64,000 nucleotides of DNA from NCBI GenBank assembly GCA_040954595.2, contig CM082584.2, positions 248,001-312,000 on the forward strand, given 5' to 3'. A program made the translations under genes and the position numbers. Shown here in pieces: positions 12,526 through 24,869 of this stretch (position 1 is the stretch's first letter; the number at the start of each line of letters is the position of its first letter). Under the pieces are notes generated by a model that worked only from the letters and a program-made list of their open reading frames with translations, was not told the origin of the DNA and did not search any database. Origin of the DNA: Balanoglossus misakiensis. Taxonomy: Eukaryota; Animalia; Hemichordata.

Positions 12526-13580
12526 TAATATTATTGATTTCCTATTTTTATGCATTTGTTTGTATTTTTCCATGTTATTGGTAAAAAGTCTTCATTTCTG
12601 AAAGTGATGGGCTTACTTCTTTTAAATTTAGTATGAAGCTTCCCAATTGTTGTCTGAGTAACCATAGTTTTGTTCAAATTGTTGCAAAATTTGCATATTT
12701 ATAATTTTGAGCAATATTTGCCATTTTTGGTCAATTTTTTTTTCTTTAAAACCGCATGCCAGATTGCTTTGCAATTTTGTAGGCATGTTCGTAGGTGTAA
12801 CCCAAATAATATGTTGTAAAAAATGTGATATTTTCATAAATGTGTTATAGGGGAAACTTTTTCAATTTTTGTCAAAAATTGTTTTCCTGAAACTGCTTGT
12901 CATATTGCATTGACCTTTGGCAGCATGTTCCTTGTAGTGGTTGAAGTAAGGTATTGTACAATTTTGTGTTTTTGCCACTTTTGAACAAATATTTTTTTGT
13001 GAAACTGCTTGTTGATTGCTTTGAAATTTGTTTTTTCTCTGATTGCTTTGAAATTTAGGATATAATTTCATAACACATACATGTATATGTGCAACTTTTA
13101 TTCAATTCTGATATCAGAAATATTCAATATTTAGCGAGTTTTTTCTCCTAAACCAATTGTCCAGTTGTTTTGAAAGTTACTGTTTACAAGGAGTTGTTAC
13201 CCCCAACTTAGACATGTTTACATAACTTCAATAAGCCAGCTGTTAGAGAGACCATGGGCTATTAAATTGTTTATTACCAGTGGCAGGTCAGTGTGTGTGT
13301 CTGTCTGTCTGTCTGTTTCAGAGCTGACTGAAAGAAGTTGCTTCTCATATGTGTTTGTACAGACAATTTTTGGTCAATTTTTTTTCTAGCACTACTTGTA
13401 AGACTGTAATGACACATGACAGTTTATTGGGCATGTTCCTTGTTAATTTTTTTTACATTCCATATTTCTATATCGTAAGATCATATCTGCTTGCAATGTC
13501 ACCTGTAATTTTTATTGGGGTGTGTCACTGTTTCCGCATAATCCTCAAATGGGACCACAGTGTCCTTGACGCTATTCTTT
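12526..13580. mobile_element. Nested non-coding repeat interrupting the Academ ORF (related to 35330-36075)
   Basis: Shares blocks (tgaagcttcc, aatttgcatattt, gtaggcatgttc) with 35330-36075. Ends in cagtgtccttgacgctat, a motif also near 9700 and inverted at 10830-10863. Confidence 0.55.
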
Positions 13581-14165
13581 GCTGTGTCATCTGAAAATAT
13601 ATTAGTTAGCTCCCTGGCGGTATTAAGTGGTGAAAATACATCAGCACTTTCAAGACAATTGATATACAACCTGCAGTTTGACTCAAGTATTTTATGTACA
13701 CTAACTGAATTATGGGTTTCATTTTGGAAAGGAAATAACTGATCTTTTAGATTCTTGGCAGCCATAGCTCTATAGGGTAAATAAATTGCTATTCTCTCCA
13801 TTAACCCACCTGTAGAAGTATGCAATGCAGCTTTAACATCTTTATTGACGCACATTTCATGGGCTTCATCTAGTGCTACATTAACCCAAGTTGAGCCTGA
13901 CAAATTGCAAACAAAACCACCTGCTTTGAAATGTAACAACAGAGAGTTTGGCATCTTCAGAAGGTCAGCAAGATTTCTTGGAATTAACCTCAAGTACAGG
14001 GATCGGTCATATGCATGGAACAGTGGGTTTATTTTTTTCAAAGCCGATATTCGAAGGTTCCAATTTCCTGACCTTATTGCAATGTACAAAGACATGTATG
14101 CAAACAAATCTTCCTCTATAAATCTAACCCAAAATTTGAAAGTTTTGTCTGTATTTGCCCTTCTG

Positions 14166-14797
14166 CACAGTACGTGAAATATCCCATAATTCATTCTGAT
14201 TTGTACAATCAGAGATTACTCAGTCAAACCAGGCAAAGTTCACATGTGTAGAGAGAATTGTAGACCACTAATAGAAATTTTGAGATCTTACTTTTAAGGT
14301 GAATCTTATTGTCAATTACCATTTCAAATGATTTAGAAAATTATGTATTATTGAGAGAGAAGATACGAATTTTATAAAATAATCAAGCAATTGCATAGCC
14401 AGCCATACCAAAAAGTTTGGAGTAAAACAGGGACACTTGAAACACCTGTTTAATCAAACAAAATGATATTGATATTTTCTTTTGACAGAACAATTGAAAT
14501 TTACATGTTAACTTTCAACAGAGACTGGCCACCTCAGTCAATCATTGCTTGTTTCCTCATTGCTTGTTTCCTCCAAAGTGTGGCATTTGCAGTACATGAA
14601 TACTTTGATTCTTATTGCTTTTAAATTTTGATTTTGGAATTTCACTCTAATTCCTCAACGTACTTTTCCTAGATAAACATAAATAGATTTATATGTACTT
14701 CATATCATTGTTAGTATCTAAAACAGAAAAAGTTATTAAATGGGCAACCTTCGATGATACAAATCATGGAGAATTGTGGGTAAAATATCGTACTGTG
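14166..14797. mobile_element. Transib/ProtoRAG-like non-autonomous element nested in the Academ transposase
   Basis: Termini cacagtacg...cgtactgtg, about 45-bp imperfect TIRs, 5-bp TSD ttctg (14161-14165, 14798-14802). Excision restores the frame FCDRRANTDKTFKFW. Confidence 0.8.
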
Positions 14798-15899
14798 TTC
14801 TGTCACAAAAAATCTGAAATTCCTCTTGCAAGCGAGTAAGTTGAGCCTTAAGGTCACCATTAATTTTGTCAATATGATCAGCTTTATCTTCAGTACATTC
14901 CAAAGATTTTGTGACAGCTTCTAGTAAACATTTTTGGACTGTTTCTGTATTTAAGGGACAGTGCTGGGTATTATGGGTGTCACCCCTCTTATTCAAAAAG
15001 GAATTGACAATACATCTAAACATACTTTCCCAAATTTGTGTTAGGAAGCGATGAGTTAGCTTGAAATTTGTACACTGTACTAGGGTTTCCAAATTTCCCC
15101 CTTTATGATTGACCCCTGCCAGATGTTTTAGGCCAGCATCCCAGAATATTTTCATGATGACTGGTTGGTAATTTTTTAGAGTGTGCCAGTCTCTGATAAA
15201 AGGCTGCAACCAGTCTAAATTTGCACCATACATGTCTTTTAATTTTATCAGGTGATGGAAAGTTTTCCCATCACCAACCACAACCAGGTATTTTATTCTT
15301 ACACCAACTCTGAATGTAACATATACAGCTTATTGATAATGTTATGGAAAGTTTCAATGGTGTCTGCGTGTTCACTTGATATGCCCAAATAAATGACATT
15401 TGAGCATTCACTTTCATTACTGTTAGCATTTGTTGCTAATGTTGATTTAAAATCCCCAAAAACTGTTTCTATATCAGCTCTGTGCATTGCATTTTTCTGT
15501 AGAGCAAAAATGAATTGTCAGAAAACAGTTCTGACCAAGCAATGGCTTCTTCTTGTTTAATGTCAAAATCTGACAGCGAAATTGATGACCGTGGTTGATG
15601 TTGTCTCAGTAGAGGTGGTTTAAATACTACATCATTATGAACAGTATCATTGGATTTTTTTCTCCGTAAATGTACGGGCTTTTCTCACAGGTGCACTCAA
15701 ACCTGTACCAGTATTTTTTTAGATAGATCTGTCAACCATGATTTTAGTATTATTTCCACAAATTGCCAAAAATTTCATTCATTTCATAGTCTACTGTATT
15801 TTGTGAACAAAAGCCACTGTTTAATTCCTGCCACCGTTCAAATGAATTCCGTGCATTTTCACTCACCAGACTATCTTTACTTTTAATTAACTGCCTGTT

Positions 15900-16375
15900 A
15901 AGAAGCAAATCATAATGGCCTGGTTGACCTGGCCTGTCTGGTGTGTACAAGAGACAGACAGGCTCAGTCTTGGAGAACACATCACCATCACCTCTTGCAA
16001 ATATATCATTCTGCTTGGTGTATATATGTAATGGACATTTTGCAACATACACTACAGATATCATTTCTGGCATACCAGCATATTCATCTGCCTTTTCCAT
16101 ACATTGTGTTCTGTGCAAAATGTCCATATAACGAGTGCCGTCTAACAGGACATCAAGTTGTGCATCATCCATTCCTTCAAAGTATATATGATTGGCACGC
16201 ATTATGTCTACTGTATCTGCTCTTAACTTGTCTGCGAATATTTTCTCTCGGTCAGCTAAAATTGGGTCAGAAGGGAGTCCACTAGGTAAATGATCGCAAT
16301 TTTGCAATGCAATATCATTTCTCACAGAGATGCTCCTGAAAAAGCACCTTCCATCACCATATATGTTGATTAGCT
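15900..16375 (-). CDS. OTU-like cysteine protease domain within the Academ protein
   Basis: Within open ORF 15750-16643: IYGDGRCFFRSIS (D-G-x-C), GMPEMISVVYVAKCPLHIY, and CLLY...GHYDLL. Confidence 0.78.
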
Positions 16376-16936
16376 TAAAATCTTTGACAGTTGAATGTTT
16401 GTCATGACTGCCAAAAACAATATCATCAACACTGTTCAAAATTGACTTTGGTTTTGGTTGGACCATTTGATAAGAAGTACCGTGGAAACCTCTGTCCTTT
16501 GGATCAGCTCTAACAGCTGCATATTTAGCTGATTTATCAATATTGTCAATGGAAGTTATACAAAATGCATTATTTGCAATATTTTCCTCTGTGAAATCAG
16601 CTGATGTTCTTTTGTTGATAACTCCCAACATGTATCTATGCAATGTATCTCCAGAACAAATAATACCAAATCAATTTAGAATTTTCACTAGAGTAGATGA
16701 CCTACTATAACCTTCACCAATGTCAGCCAGGTAAGTATACAATGGGTAAGTACAATGATCAGAACAAGTGAACAATATCATACACACAAAACAAACGCCT
16801 GAGGAATCGTGCTCTACTCTCCATAGAGTGCTGGTCATAAAATCCATAGTAGTGTTTATTGCATTCAAAGTTGGGGCTTTTTAATTTACTGCATTCACTG
16901 TTGTTCAACGAATTGCTAGGACGTTGTGTTGACATG

Positions 16937-17400
16937 TACACAGCGCGAGACAATGATTGACAGGCAGAATGTATCAAAATTCTGGCCCATGTGACTGACT
17001 CCGCGAATCTGATTGGTAGACAAGACGCAAAAGTGTAAAAACTTGAAAGTCGATTTCACTTTATGAATGAAAGTGATTCCATAATTAGCATATCTCGTTG
17101 GGGCCACAGATCGTTGCACAGGGGAAAGAACGTAATCCCGCTAAATAAACTACAAGGCCGCTCGAATATTATAGCGGGATATTGGAATATTGTATCCTAC
17201 CTCTTCTAACGAAAAATAAGAAGACTGTTCATGTGATAAATATATAATCCCATGATATTTTTCTTTATTTAACGTCATCGTATACTCGTGGTTTTCGCGG
17301 AGTCTAGCAACTTCTTGCCTACAGCTCGAAGTTGCACGGCTCTGCGAAAACACTCGTATACGATGACGTCAAACAAAGAAAAATATCATGGGATTATATA
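16937..17400. mobile_element. Hairpin-ended non-coding insertion in the Academ ORF (Crypton-like, tentative)
   Basis: About 160-bp palindrome at 17241-17400. Flanking peptides IDPVLWNTIF and MSTQRPS join on removal; no clear TSD. Confidence 0.55.
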
Positions 17401-18330
17401 TAAAAATAGTATTCCATAACACAGGGTCAATCTCACTGACAATATATTCAACATCAAATGTACTCAGATCAACTGTGTTTGTTTTGCAGTAATTACTGAA
17501 TTTTTAAGATTGCTGATAAATGCTGACATTTAATTTCACAGCCACCAAATCAAGCATTTTGAAAAAGTCAACGTCAACTTTACTCAAGTCTCATACTTGC
17601 TTTTCAAGCCTCTCTATCTGTTTCTCAGCTTGCACAACATACTGGGGATGTTCGACAAGTGCATTTTGGAGGGAATAGTGAGATCTGAACCCGTTCGGTA
17701 CAAAAAGGTGGAGAACTTTCTACTCACTTTTGATACAACAGAAAAGTGAATTGGATAATACACACATAGAAATTCCCGAATAAGCCAGCTATTAGGTTTT
17801 CTGTGGAATTCCACTGGTTGTACCTTGACCTTGGGTCGCAAAGTCTGATATTCATCATCTAAACAATCATTGAAATATTGCCTGACGTCAAACAATAGAA
17901 TGGCGTGTTTTCTGAGGAGCACTTCTCCTAAAAAGACAGCAGTTTTCCAGCATGCAAAATTCACCAAGTCGGTGTCACAGCTGCAGCCTTTTTGTAGCAT
18001 TGTGACATATTTTTTAATTTCTTCAGCAAGTGCTATATCACTCGACATAATTAGGCCTTGTTGAATACTACACCTTGCTTTTTCCGCTAAAGCAACAAAT
18101 GTTTTATATCATTTCAAACAAATCAGGCTGTCTTGAGTAAGGGCAAATGGTGTGTTAGTTTGTTGGTGAAATGTTTGCACCATATCAAAATCAGGGATTT
18201 TAAACAAATTGTTTGCCCGCGATAAGCACGAAGTACACAAGGGATGGCTTTTTCTCATAGCAAGGATGTACTGACATTGACACAGTGGAAATGATGAAAA
18301 TCCTTTAAAACCTGAGTTGTCTATACTCAA
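17401..18330 (-). pseudogene. Academ N-terminal region (Cys-containing, decayed)
   Basis: ORFs 18109-18330 and 17614-18048 are in the same frame, separated by one stop; colinear with the transposase core. Confidence 0.6.
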
Positions 18331-19172
18331 TTTTGTACACAGTCCTGTTCGCCTGAAAGCAGGTCTATAATGTCGCGTAAAAAAATGGCCTATTTCGCGA
18401 CCCTTCAGCGGGGCCCACGGTAACGGCTACATGGTATGAAGTACTTTCCCTCATTAACATATGTTAATGAGTACCATGCGATCTGACTGTACAGACACAC
18501 ATACACAACGAGAGATTAACAGGCAAACACTGGCTGACCCATAAGCTGCCAATGGCATGTGTACTGTACACACAGCAAATGGTCTCTTTAACAGATAGCC
18601 AGTTATGAAAACATGCAGTTACCAATCACTGTTATTATTGACAAATTGCATCCAAGTCCAGACCCAGGCTTGAATACAATTTTTAAACAATAACAACATT
18701 GCTTACCCTGCTTCACCGAGCTGAACAAGAAATGATGGTTGATAACAAGCATAATACTGAATAAAAATTCAAAAGTTACAGATATAGGACCTTTCGTTGC
18801 CCACATATTATATTACCATTGGGCAAGATGAACGACATCACTGACCACAAATACCCAGTAATGGTTTGTTTACATGCCCGTAAATCTGAATAGTAATATT
18901 AGCAAATAGTTCAGTGAACACAACATTTTGCATAACACAAGTTCTGGGGCCCCTAGTCTTGTGTGTGGGACATTTTCATAAATATTGATGGTTTTCTTGA
19001 GATTGTTGGTAATGTAATGGAAATAAATGTAGGGCTCGGGCTCTAGGAAAGCCAAATTTCATGGGCTCAGAAGCCTTGCCCATGAATTTTTGGCTTTCCC
19101 CTCGCCCTTGCCCAAAAACAAACGTTAATGGTCAGGGCGTTGTGCATTATTTCTATATTGTGTTGATCTTAC

Positions 19173-19290
19173 CTGTACACTCTCCATTGACCAATCAATA
19201 TTCCACAGCACAAGTGCAATAAAAAGAGCCTGCTGTATTCACACACTGGCCTCCACAAAGATCTGCTCTCTCCATATATTCATTGAGAAA
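19173..19290 (-). pseudogene. cbEGF exon (copy B of 1-85), disrupted
   Basis: ...NTAGSFYCTCAVEY*LVNGECT with GTAAG donor; in-frame TGA and a small insertion at the acceptor end. Confidence 0.75.
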
Positions 19291-20286
19291 AATCTGAAAT
19301 CTGAAATCAAAGGTAGTTATTATTAATAAATTTATTATTATTTATTTCCTAACAAAAGTAATACACATACATCTCAGTGCATTTTCTACAGAAAATAATA
19401 AAATTAGAAAACAAGTGAAAGCTTAAAGGATAAAAATTACACTTAAAAACCCCAAACAAACAGAAACAGTTCTGAAAGACAATCCCTATAAACCAAAAAA
19501 GCAATGGAATGAAATAGTGCTGAATAAAAGGACGAGTCTTAAAAACCCCTTTGAAAACTGTCAATAGATCCAGCATTGTGGATAGAAGGTGCACAAACAC
19601 TGAATCCTCTTTAGCCATATGCCTTGTTAAGTTTTGAAATGATCATTCACGGTGATGAGTTATCAAGAATATACCCGTTAAAAATTACTGTCCCCTCAGA
19701 GAAGCATTTTGTAATGAGATGAAAACTATATGAATTTTCTAAGTGTATATTTATTCTTTGCAGAGGTAATTTACTTAGCTATAGGTTGATAATTTATGTT
19801 AATTTCATTGAATTATGCAAATAAGTAGTGAAAATACTTGTACATGAATATATCAGACAGTCTTACAGTGTCGTGTGAGGTTGATGACACATATTCTTAA
19901 CCACATATTTCTTGATCAATTAATTGTGTTTACACCAAAGTCCTCAATATCCATGGCAATCTCTTCCTAGGAATTTTAACACTCTCTCCAAAATCCCCTG
20001 AAACTTGTGTACCCTGTCAGCAAAACTTTGTCTGATTTTTAAAATACAGATTACTTCTTCACCCTTGCAAACACATTTTCAAAGATAAGTTTTCACATTT
20101 GTTAATTTGTTTATATTATGCATAATTATAATTGGAACAATTCTAAGATACAATTTCAACAAACATGTGTTCAGTACAAGTGTGCGGTTGATTACAAATT
20201 TTAAAATGTGTGCAATGGATAGACAGGATGTGTGTTTAGCTGATTGTAACCATAGCAATATGCAATCCCCAAACAGTGTAGCCACA

Positions 20287-21034
20287 AGTCGCTTGCACAC
20301 GTGCAATGATTAGGGCGCCCTTTTTGGGATTATAAAAGTTGGTAAACATTTCTTATCAGCGACTCAAATAGTTTTGCATTCACATGTGTATAAAAGGGAC
20401 GGGATCACCGCACTCAATGCGTCCACAGCAGCGTGGCTAAAGGTCGCAATGGCGGATTCAGTGATGTGTTTACTGTATATGTAGCTCTGGACTTATACCC
20501 AAACAGCGTATAAGTCCAGAGCTACTGTATATGGTACTCCTGAATTTGCTTTTTAAACGTCGCCGACGCAGATTTCATGGGCATTTGAATGAACCGATAC
20601 CGGTTTATGGTAACCTTTCATTGGAGGTTGCGCCTGGAAGTCTGCAGTCCATGCTACTAAATCGTCGTCGGAGGTCGAGTTTGCAATTCCTTTGTATGTG
20701 CCTTGGCCATTTCTGCGTCACTCCAATTGTTGCCTCGAGACACTGCTTCGGCCATTGTTTTAGTAAAGTGAACCTCAACGCTTAATGCAGCGCTTAATGA
20801 GACAAACCGCGCCGGCAGAGTGCGTTTAGATCGGCGTTTAGTGCGGTGTTTCTGTTCACACGTGATTTGAATCGCTGTTTAGTGCGGCGCCCCGACCCAG
20901 GTCCCACCCCTCAACACCGTCACAAAAAAGAGCGGCGCAGGGCCGCTCTCACCTTTTCACACGTGGCACTTACAAATTAACGCCGCCCTAGGGCAGCCGC
21001 TGGGGCGGCGTTGACGGCACGTGAGAAAGGCACT
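20287..21034. mobile_element. GC-rich MITE with 3-bp TSD (PIF/Harbinger-like)
   Basis: Inserted in the 65-bp repeat; TSD ACA defined by the empty paralog (gtagccacagaagag); imperfect TIRs agtcgcttgcacacgtgc / gcacgtgagaaaggcact. Confidence 0.7.
20482..20524. mobile_element. 43-bp foldback micro-transposon with 9-bp TSD
   Basis: tagctctggacttatac-ccaaacagc-gtataagtccagagcta (perfect 17-bp arms) flanked by ctgtatatg on both sides. Confidence 0.8.
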
Positions 21035-21195
21035 ACAGAAGAGACCAATGTTTAACTGATTGTAACCATAGCAATATACAATCCCCAAACAATGTAGCCA
21101 CAGAAGAGACCAATGTTTAGCTGATTGTAACCATAGCAATATACAATCCCCAAACAATGTAGCCACAGAAGAGACCAAAATCCACAGTTACATAC

Positions 21196-21318
21196 CGCCA
21201 CATGCATGGCCATCTTCCAGCAGATAGAATCCTGGTCTGCAAGCGCAGAGATAACTACCATGGGTATTCATACAACAGTGTTGACATGCATTTCCACCAC
21301 TGTGACATTCATTCATAT
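21196..21318 (-). pseudogene. cbEGF exon (copy B of 2043-2165); polypyrimidine tract removed by deletion
   Basis: DMNECHSGGNACQHCCMNTHGSYLCACRPGFYLLEDGHACG; the deletion breakpoint lies a few bases upstream of the AG. Confidence 0.75.
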
Positions 21319-21400
21319 CTGGAGGGTCAGTTGCAGGTGCATGGCAGTACAATTGACATGATCCTTTAATTTTACAGTGCAATTATAAGATAATACTTAC

Positions 21401-21508
21401 AAATCCTCCAGACATTATTCTGAAGAGAGATATGTATGCTTCCTGGCTGTTATTCATAAACTGGAACTCCACAGTGCGTGAGTTTTGAAACATGGCACCA
21501 AGTGATTG
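21401..21508 (-). pseudogene. MED25: MED25-like ACID exon (copy B), acceptor mutated CAG>CAT
   Basis: Same 36-codon peptide as 3100-3207 with V>M; base 21509 destroys the AG. Confidence 0.8.
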
Positions 21509-22058
21509 ATGTGGGGAAAAAATTGACTCCAATCACCATCCCTTGTGCAGGCCAAAGATCATGATATTGCCCTCGCTAACATGTGTTATTATTTAAATAT
21601 TTCACCTCTACTTATGCAATGAATTAATGAATACAAAGTGTTGTAGGTCATCCAACACGAGAATGTCACTAACAAAATTATCATTGAGTTTCAAATCCCA
21701 AGTAACAGTGGACTTATATAGTTTATCACCCAGATGAAATTTTTTATCTAAATCTGCTTCTGTCGTATAAGGTTGCTTTGTTAAGACATACAAAGGGAAA
21801 TGATTGCATTGCATGTACACTGTGTGCCTCTGGATGAAAGACCAATCTGTGTACTTCCTTGATGGGTACTACCACACGTTGTTCAGCCAAGCTCATAATT
21901 TGTGTAATGTGTACCCTCCAAAGATACATCTGGAAGCACCCTAAAAATCAAATCGTTTATCGAAAAATGCTCACTATCCAACATGATCCAACCACAATAA
22001 CCCCATTGACCTACAGTCAATTGTTTTAATTAGTTATTTGTATGTGAGCTGTACACAC

Positions 22059-22227
22059 CTCTTGCCATTCCAAGGCTCCGTGCCAAACAACACTTTTCTG
22101 CTGTTGTTGTTGTTGTTGTTTTTGTTGTTGTGGATCAACTTGCTGCTGGTGAGTCAACTTGATGCACTTGAGCTGTAGAGGGCACTGGTATGTCCAGATC
22201 CATCGGTAGTGAAGTACTGGTATTATC
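22059..22227 (-). pseudogene. MED25: MED25-like poly-Q/ACID-start exon (copy B)
   Basis: Ends KSVVWHGALEWQE; paralog of 3740-3908. Confidence 0.8.
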
Positions 22228-22335
22228 CTGTAATAACACATACAAATCATGACTGTAAATAATTCTGTATTATATTATATCATGCTACCGTCCACAATTC
22301 TGATTGGATGAGAGCTCAATCCAGCGATGCTAAAA

Positions 22336-23123
22336 TTAAGCAATAAAACACCCCCAGCCATGGTATACCACGAGATTTTGACCAGTTCACAACATATACG
22401 CACTCGCTATCGCTTGTGCGTATATGGAGTTGAACTGATCAAAATCGAGTGGTATACCATGGCTGGGGGTGTTTTATTGCTATTATATTATGCCGTTATA
22501 TTGAAACTTTGCATAAAACATTTTAAAAAGGCATTTTCTTTGACTATGATATATGACTGTGGTATATTGCTAATATATCACGGTCACGTGTCGTGTCTTG
22601 ACCAATCAAATAGCGTGATTTACACCATCAATATACTGGTATAATATAATACTCAATAATGCACTGCTGAACTAGCATATGGCAGCAAAAATGTGCGGTT
22701 AAACCACAGTCGCGCATGTTTAAATCAAATAAATAAAACAAAAATACTGTTGAATGAACAGATGTTTCATTTTGGAACTGCTCTGTGAAAATATTTGTCA
22801 CTTTGTCACGCACGATGCCCGTCTTGTCACTTTTTGTCGTCTGCTTCATGTTTAATGCTCGATCCCGGCCGCTCGTGTTTACATTCATCGTCGTCATGTT
22901 AGTTCACGATCGTAATTTCAGTTTCGGTAAGAAAATGACACTGATATGCCACAAAAACAATTGTTGATATAATATAATGGCAATAACCCCCGCCTCAGTC
23001 GGGTATACACTTGATTTGGGTACAATTTCCTCCATATAGCACTCGCCTGACGGCTCGTGCTATATGTCTCGAATTGTACCCAAATATCGCGTATACCCGC
23101 CTTCAGTGGGGGTTATTGCTTAA
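22336..23123. mobile_element. Double-hairpin non-autonomous element (Crypton-like, tentative)
   Basis: Ends ttaagcaataa...ttattgcttaa, each end a long palindrome. Partial inverted copy at 23752-24066 and truncated copy at 4017-4245. Confidence 0.6.
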
Positions 23124-23600
23124 ATATCAATCACATGATCTGGCCATGTGACACAAAGCATTGTCATTTCCAGGTAATGGGAAAACAATATTGTGGTATC
23201 CCGTATAATATTTTTCCATATGTGTTTATACTTTAGAACCACCAGACAGGTAACATGTATCAGTCATGGTGCCTCAACAGCATCTTGGCATTCGTCTGCA
23301 CAGTCGTCATTTGCACCACATTGCTGAAATTCCCCGTTAGCTGGAAATTTGAATGCCAACGGAACTGCGTCTGATGTCATTGATATCAAAGAAAATCTTT
23401 ATCTACTGGTCATCCAATGTCCTCAGTTAAGACATCAAGCTGCCATCTTCTGATGTCATGTTAGGTAACAAATTATACAAATGCAGTTCTATTAAAATAC
23501 TGAAAAGTGATAAAATGTCACTTGCCAGGCAAAAGGGATAGATGGGTATTATAACTCAGTTCATAACATAACATACCAATGACTGGTTTTGTACATGTAC

Positions 23601-23718
23601 TTGTGGCTGTGTCAGAGTTCGAACAACATTGGTGCCAGTGGTGACAGGTGGATTCTTGCTAGCAGCTCACATTAGGTACTGTCGGTTGTGTTGACTGCAC
23701 TCCTGTTTGCATCGATGA
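23601..23718 (-). pseudogene. Low-complexity S/T/P/Q exon, frameshifted (MED25 linker by position)
   Basis: ttatgcag acceptor; SSMQTGVQSTQPTVPNV / AASKNPPVTTGTNVVRTLTQPQ in two frames; 118 bp. Confidence 0.55.
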
Positions 23719-24869
23719 CTGCATAAGTAAACAGAGTAGTATTAAATCGTTATTATAGTATACCAGTATATTGATGGTGTAAATCACGCTATTTTATTGG
23801 TCGAGACACGACACGTGACTGTGATATATTAGTCATATACCACAGTTATTTATCATAGTCAAAGAAAATGCCTTTTTAAAATGTTTTATGCAAAGTTTCA
23901 ATATACTGGCATGATATAATAGCAATAAAACACCTCCAGCCATGGTATACCACTCGATTTTGACCAGTTCAACTCCATATACGCACTCGCTATCACTCGT
24001 GCGTATATGTCATGAACTGGTCAAAATCTCATGATATACCATGGCTGGGAGTGTTTTATTGCTTAAATAACTCCAACATTAACTTTGGATATCAGCCGTG
24101 ATGTCTTATTCTACTCTGTAAAACATTAAGAATTACCGTAATCACGCCAATAATTCAACCAGAAACAAATGGCTGGAAATTCACAGTAGGCAATTACGCA
24201 CTGGTCCAACACTTCGAGGTTATAGAATAATTAATTATCGAAAGAATAGTGGAAGGTCGAACTAATGACACGGTTGAACAGATGGCACGATCAAGGTACT
24301 CAGAGTTTGGTTTTCAAACAATGGTGTTCTACATATTGTTCAACATTGTTATTGTTGAAAAATAAATTCTAGTCTGAGTTCATTTAATATACACAATGCC
24401 CATTACTCATGTACAAGTTCTGTTGAAAAGCTAAAGACTGAACATTTCATAAAGCTATCCAGAGCTGAACAAGAAACTAGGGTTAATTCCTTCAGTGAAA
24501 AATACTGAAAAAAAAAACAAATGTTAATTTGCCTTTAGCAGTTAGCAGAAAATGTCACCAAAATTTTACCATGACATTGGCGTATTATACCATTGATAGG
24601 AGAATATGAAAAGGGGAACTTGAATATTTTTTTCCTCAGGTTTTGGCAAAGTATAATCAAACCAATCGAAATGACTGCAGTGGCAACATAACATATTTGA
24701 CAGTCAAATCTGTGTTTGTTTCCACCACTATATAGTGGCCACTTTGTTTCAATTCATGTACATGTACATTGCACATTAATTGACCCGTCTATAGAAGCCA
24801 CCTGTCTATAAATGCCAGTTTAGGAAAGTCCCTTGACTGGCCAGTATAGACAGGTTTGACTGTACCTAC

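Larger units (their letters stand above)
13581..16936 (-). pseudogene. Academ DDE transposase core (DUF6589-like) with inserted OTU-like domain
   Basis: Motifs CITSIDNIDK...FHGTSYQMVQP, VVGDGKTF...DWHTLKNY, AIRSGNWNLRISALK...FHAYDRSLY, and ALDEAHEMCVNKD; stops and frameshifts between segments. Confidence 0.78.
10888..18489 (-). mobile_element. AcademX-type DNA transposon, both ends present, coding region decayed
   Basis: About 32-bp TIRs cagtcagatcgcacggtgctcatttgcatatg / catatgttaatgagtaccatgcgatctgactg; CA...TG termini; 4-bp TSD TACA (10884-10887, 18490-18493). Colinear minus-strand fragments give transposase, XPG-like and Cys-rich domains. Confidence 0.85.

Noticed and set aside
19173-19205. 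In-frame TGA as selenocysteine
   Set aside because: Not at a Cys position of the EGF motif, and the exon has other disabling lesions; more likely a nonsense change such as CGA>TGA.
23237-23375. Possible plus-strand exon
   Set aside because: Stops in all frames within a short distance; no recognisable domain or partner exons.
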